A stretch of 64,000 nucleotides of DNA from contig JAYWIR010000002.1 in the NCBI GenBank assembly GCA_036172245.1, positions 6,572,001-6,636,000 of the forward strand, given 5' to 3'. Of the stretch, positions 61,301-64,000 are shown piece after piece. Under the pieces are notes generated by a model that saw only the letters and a list, made by a program, of their open reading frames with translations, searched no databases and was not told the origin of the DNA. Each line of letters starts with the position of its first letter. The first letter of the stretch is position 1. This stretch comes from Raillietiella orientalis. Lineage: Eukaryota. The position numbers were made by a program, and so were the translations under genes.

Positions 61301-64000
61301 CCTGGGCACACGATTCAGAAGGGAGCGAAGTCGTCGATCCCCGCACCCGCTGCTCAGCGTCTTCCTGCCGTCCGAAGAGGAGACTGCTTGTCATCCTCGG
61401 GGAATCTGCGGTAGCGGTCCTCTGCGCGGGTTCTTCTCTGCCCTCCCTTCCCCATCCCGCCGGGCCATTAAAACTGCATGTCTCGAGGACTGGACTCTCC
61501 TACCCCGAGCGGGACGCGTCCGATGCGGGCATTAATCATGGCGCGAAGCAGCCATCATTTATAACCATCCCCGCAGCCGCCTTTAATGCACCCGAGGTCT
61601 CGATTAAGGGCCTCCTTCCTCCCTCCCCCCCCACACACTCTCGCACTCCGTCATATATTTTTAATTCCTGCGAGGAGCCAAGGTCGAGGGAAGGCGCGCC
61701 GACCACAACCCGTCCCGAGGCCTGGCCTAGCGGGGATGACACGGACGTTTCCTTTCCTCCCCCCCCCCCTTCCTCCTCTCTGACCTTTCTCCCCTGCACC
61801 CGGAGTGCCCGAAGGAACCTGCAGGAGCAAAGAACCCCTCCTCCCGTATTCGGCGCTCGCTCGCGAGGAACGCGCCTTCTCCCGGTAAGCCGCCTGAAGA
61901 GCGACCGAGGTACCTGCTCTCCCCCGGAGGCCTCGCTCCCGCCAAAAGCTCCTGCAGGAGCGTTCGGCAGAGCGACCCGAACAGCCGACCGACCTTTTTC
62001 GGCTATTGGTCTTCGCGCGCGAGGGTTCCTCCCTGGACTCTTCAATCGGGAGGGCCTCGCTTTCATCCGCGCGATGGGTAAGCCATCAAGCATTCCCCGA
62101 TAATTAGCTCGCAGGCGGTGTTCCCACCGGCGCGGAGTGCTGCGTCTACCAGGCGCAGGGGGGGTGAGGGGAGCCCTCGCAGGACTGGAGCGATTCCCAT
62201 CCGGAGGAACAATGGCCTCCACCTCCGAGGAAATTTATGTTTTCGTTTTTGTTCCGCCTCATTGTCCACCTCCCTCTCTGCGCGTCTTCTGTCTTTTTTT
62301 GGGCCTCATTGTGAGGCGCCGAGATGTTTACGGGGTCCCATCCGACCTCCTGAGAAACCGACAACGCCGGTCCTCTCTTGCTGCGGGACACAAAACGCGG
62401 AGCTACCACCAAAGCCACCACCTGGGACTCGCGGAGCACGTCGCCAAGGGAACCCGGGGGGCCTCATTCAAGAGGAGTAGTGATGTATGGCTGAAAGGCG
62501 CGCGCGACGGTCAGCGAACCGTGCGCACAGAGACCGAGGCTGCCCTTGGCAGGTCGTGCGCGCTCTCTCCCGCGGAGCCAACACGGAACGGAGGTCAAAC
62601 CAGAGGAACGGCCCCGTTCTCTCCTCCTCCGTGCCAGGCGGCATCTCCCACTCCCCGCCTTCCTCCCCACCGACGGGAAGAATCGAAATCTGACCCGCGT
62701 CCGGAACCGCCCCTGGTCTATCTTGGCTGATTCGTAGGCACGAAGAGCACGCCTCCGGCTCCCGAGGAAAGCGCAGAAGCAGTAGCAGCAGCCCGCGGGC
62801 AGCAGTTCTTGGACGGGGGCAAAGAGGAAGAGGCGTTGACCCCCACGTGGGATTTCATTCCCAGGGGAGAAGACTTCGAAGGCAGCATTCCCGATCCTTC
62901 CTGAAGGAGCGCATGCTTTCGCCCCTGTGGAGCTTTGGATCCTCTAGCAGCTCTTCTCCCTCCGTTTCTTCCATCCATCAAGCTAGAGACGAGACCCTCT
63001 TCCAGCTGCTTCCGCGAAAGAATCAACAACAGATGAAGAAGAAGAGGTAGTAATTGCGTTTGTCAAACAAGAAGTGCTGCCAAATTAATGGATTCTTAAC
63101 GGGAGCGGCAAGCCGAATGTCCTTCCTCCGCCACCCAGGAACACGTGCATTAATTGCACGGTTCGCACGCATGGGTGCGTTCCCTCTTGTTTATCCGAAG
63201 CATCTGCTTAGAGCGCGCGCATCCGAAGCGAGGAATGCGCGCTGCGCGCATTCTTGCTGCGCGACAAACCCGAGCACAGCCAGCGGTCGTGGTAGTCCAG
63301 CGGCCTCCCTTGGAGCTCGCGCGCGCACACGCGCGGAAGGAGGGAGGCAGGGAAGGGGGGATGACCGCAGGGCAGGCCCCGCTCGGGGCGTGGCAGGATC
63401 CCTCCCGCGCGGCCCTCCCGCGAAGCCATCGGAACCTCGGAAGCGGAGCCGCAAGAGATCGGCTGACCGCGGCAGTAATTTGTTCGGTTTACAAGCCTCC
63501 GAAAGGTCACTCCCCGTTCCGTAAACAACGGGTAATGGAATTTGCGGGTCACCGTAAACTTTTGCGCGGATTCAATTAGGCCCAAATCAATAAGGCGCGC
63601 TTCGTGGCCGGGGTTGTTTACCGGCGGGCGGCCACGAGGGCGCGCGCGTGCTCTCCCGGACGCTTTTCAGAGTCCTGGGAGGAACGGGTGGTTCTGCGAG
63701 CGCGGAAAGGTTTCGGGAGTGGGAACGACGCGGCCAGCCCTGCTTCCTGCGCCGCTCTCGACCCACTCCTCTAGCCAGCCCCCCGACCTAGATGGCTGGC
63801 GCGGCATTCCTCCTCTTCCCATTCAGGACCCTCTTTGTTTTACTCCGCAAGCTGTTCCCGCTCATAAAAAGATCCCGGATGCCCGCCCAGGAAGCTCGAA
63901 TTCATTACATCCTCCGTCACCCAAGGCGAGTACATTAAAATCCGCATCGCAAGGAGGCATTGTGAACGCGGCTCTTCGGGAGGGAGACCTCCCTCCCGAC

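Noticed and set aside
1..64000. CRISPR arrays, operons, rRNA, intact transposase/RT/integrase genes
   Set aside because: No regularly spaced repeats or intact enzyme ORFs; spliceosomal introns show this is animal nuclear DNA.

Overview
GC-rich eukaryotic (most likely arthropod, by inference) genomic DNA with one convincing protein-coding gene: a six-exon Tbx20-subfamily T-box transcription factor (H15/midline-like) on the + strand, ~46708-52169, about 553 aa. It has an N-terminal eh1 motif, a complete T-box and a poly(A) signal at 52448. Exon 1 has no in-frame ATG upstream of the eh1 motif, so the gene is a candidate for non-AUG (GTG) initiation; the first AUG would give a protein lacking eh1. 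The rest of the window is non-coding. It holds about ten heavily decayed non-LTR retrotransposon fossils (recognised by eye from eroded motifs, so low to moderate confidence), two copies of a ~570-bp tRNA-derived SINE with an apparently doubled head, long polypyrimidine tracts, and short AT-rich islands of clustered Hox/Exd, GATA, Fox and T-box motifs that look like enhancers. Most ORFs in the supplied track are chance products of high GC content. No CRISPR array, rRNA, intact tRNA or prokaryotic system was seen.
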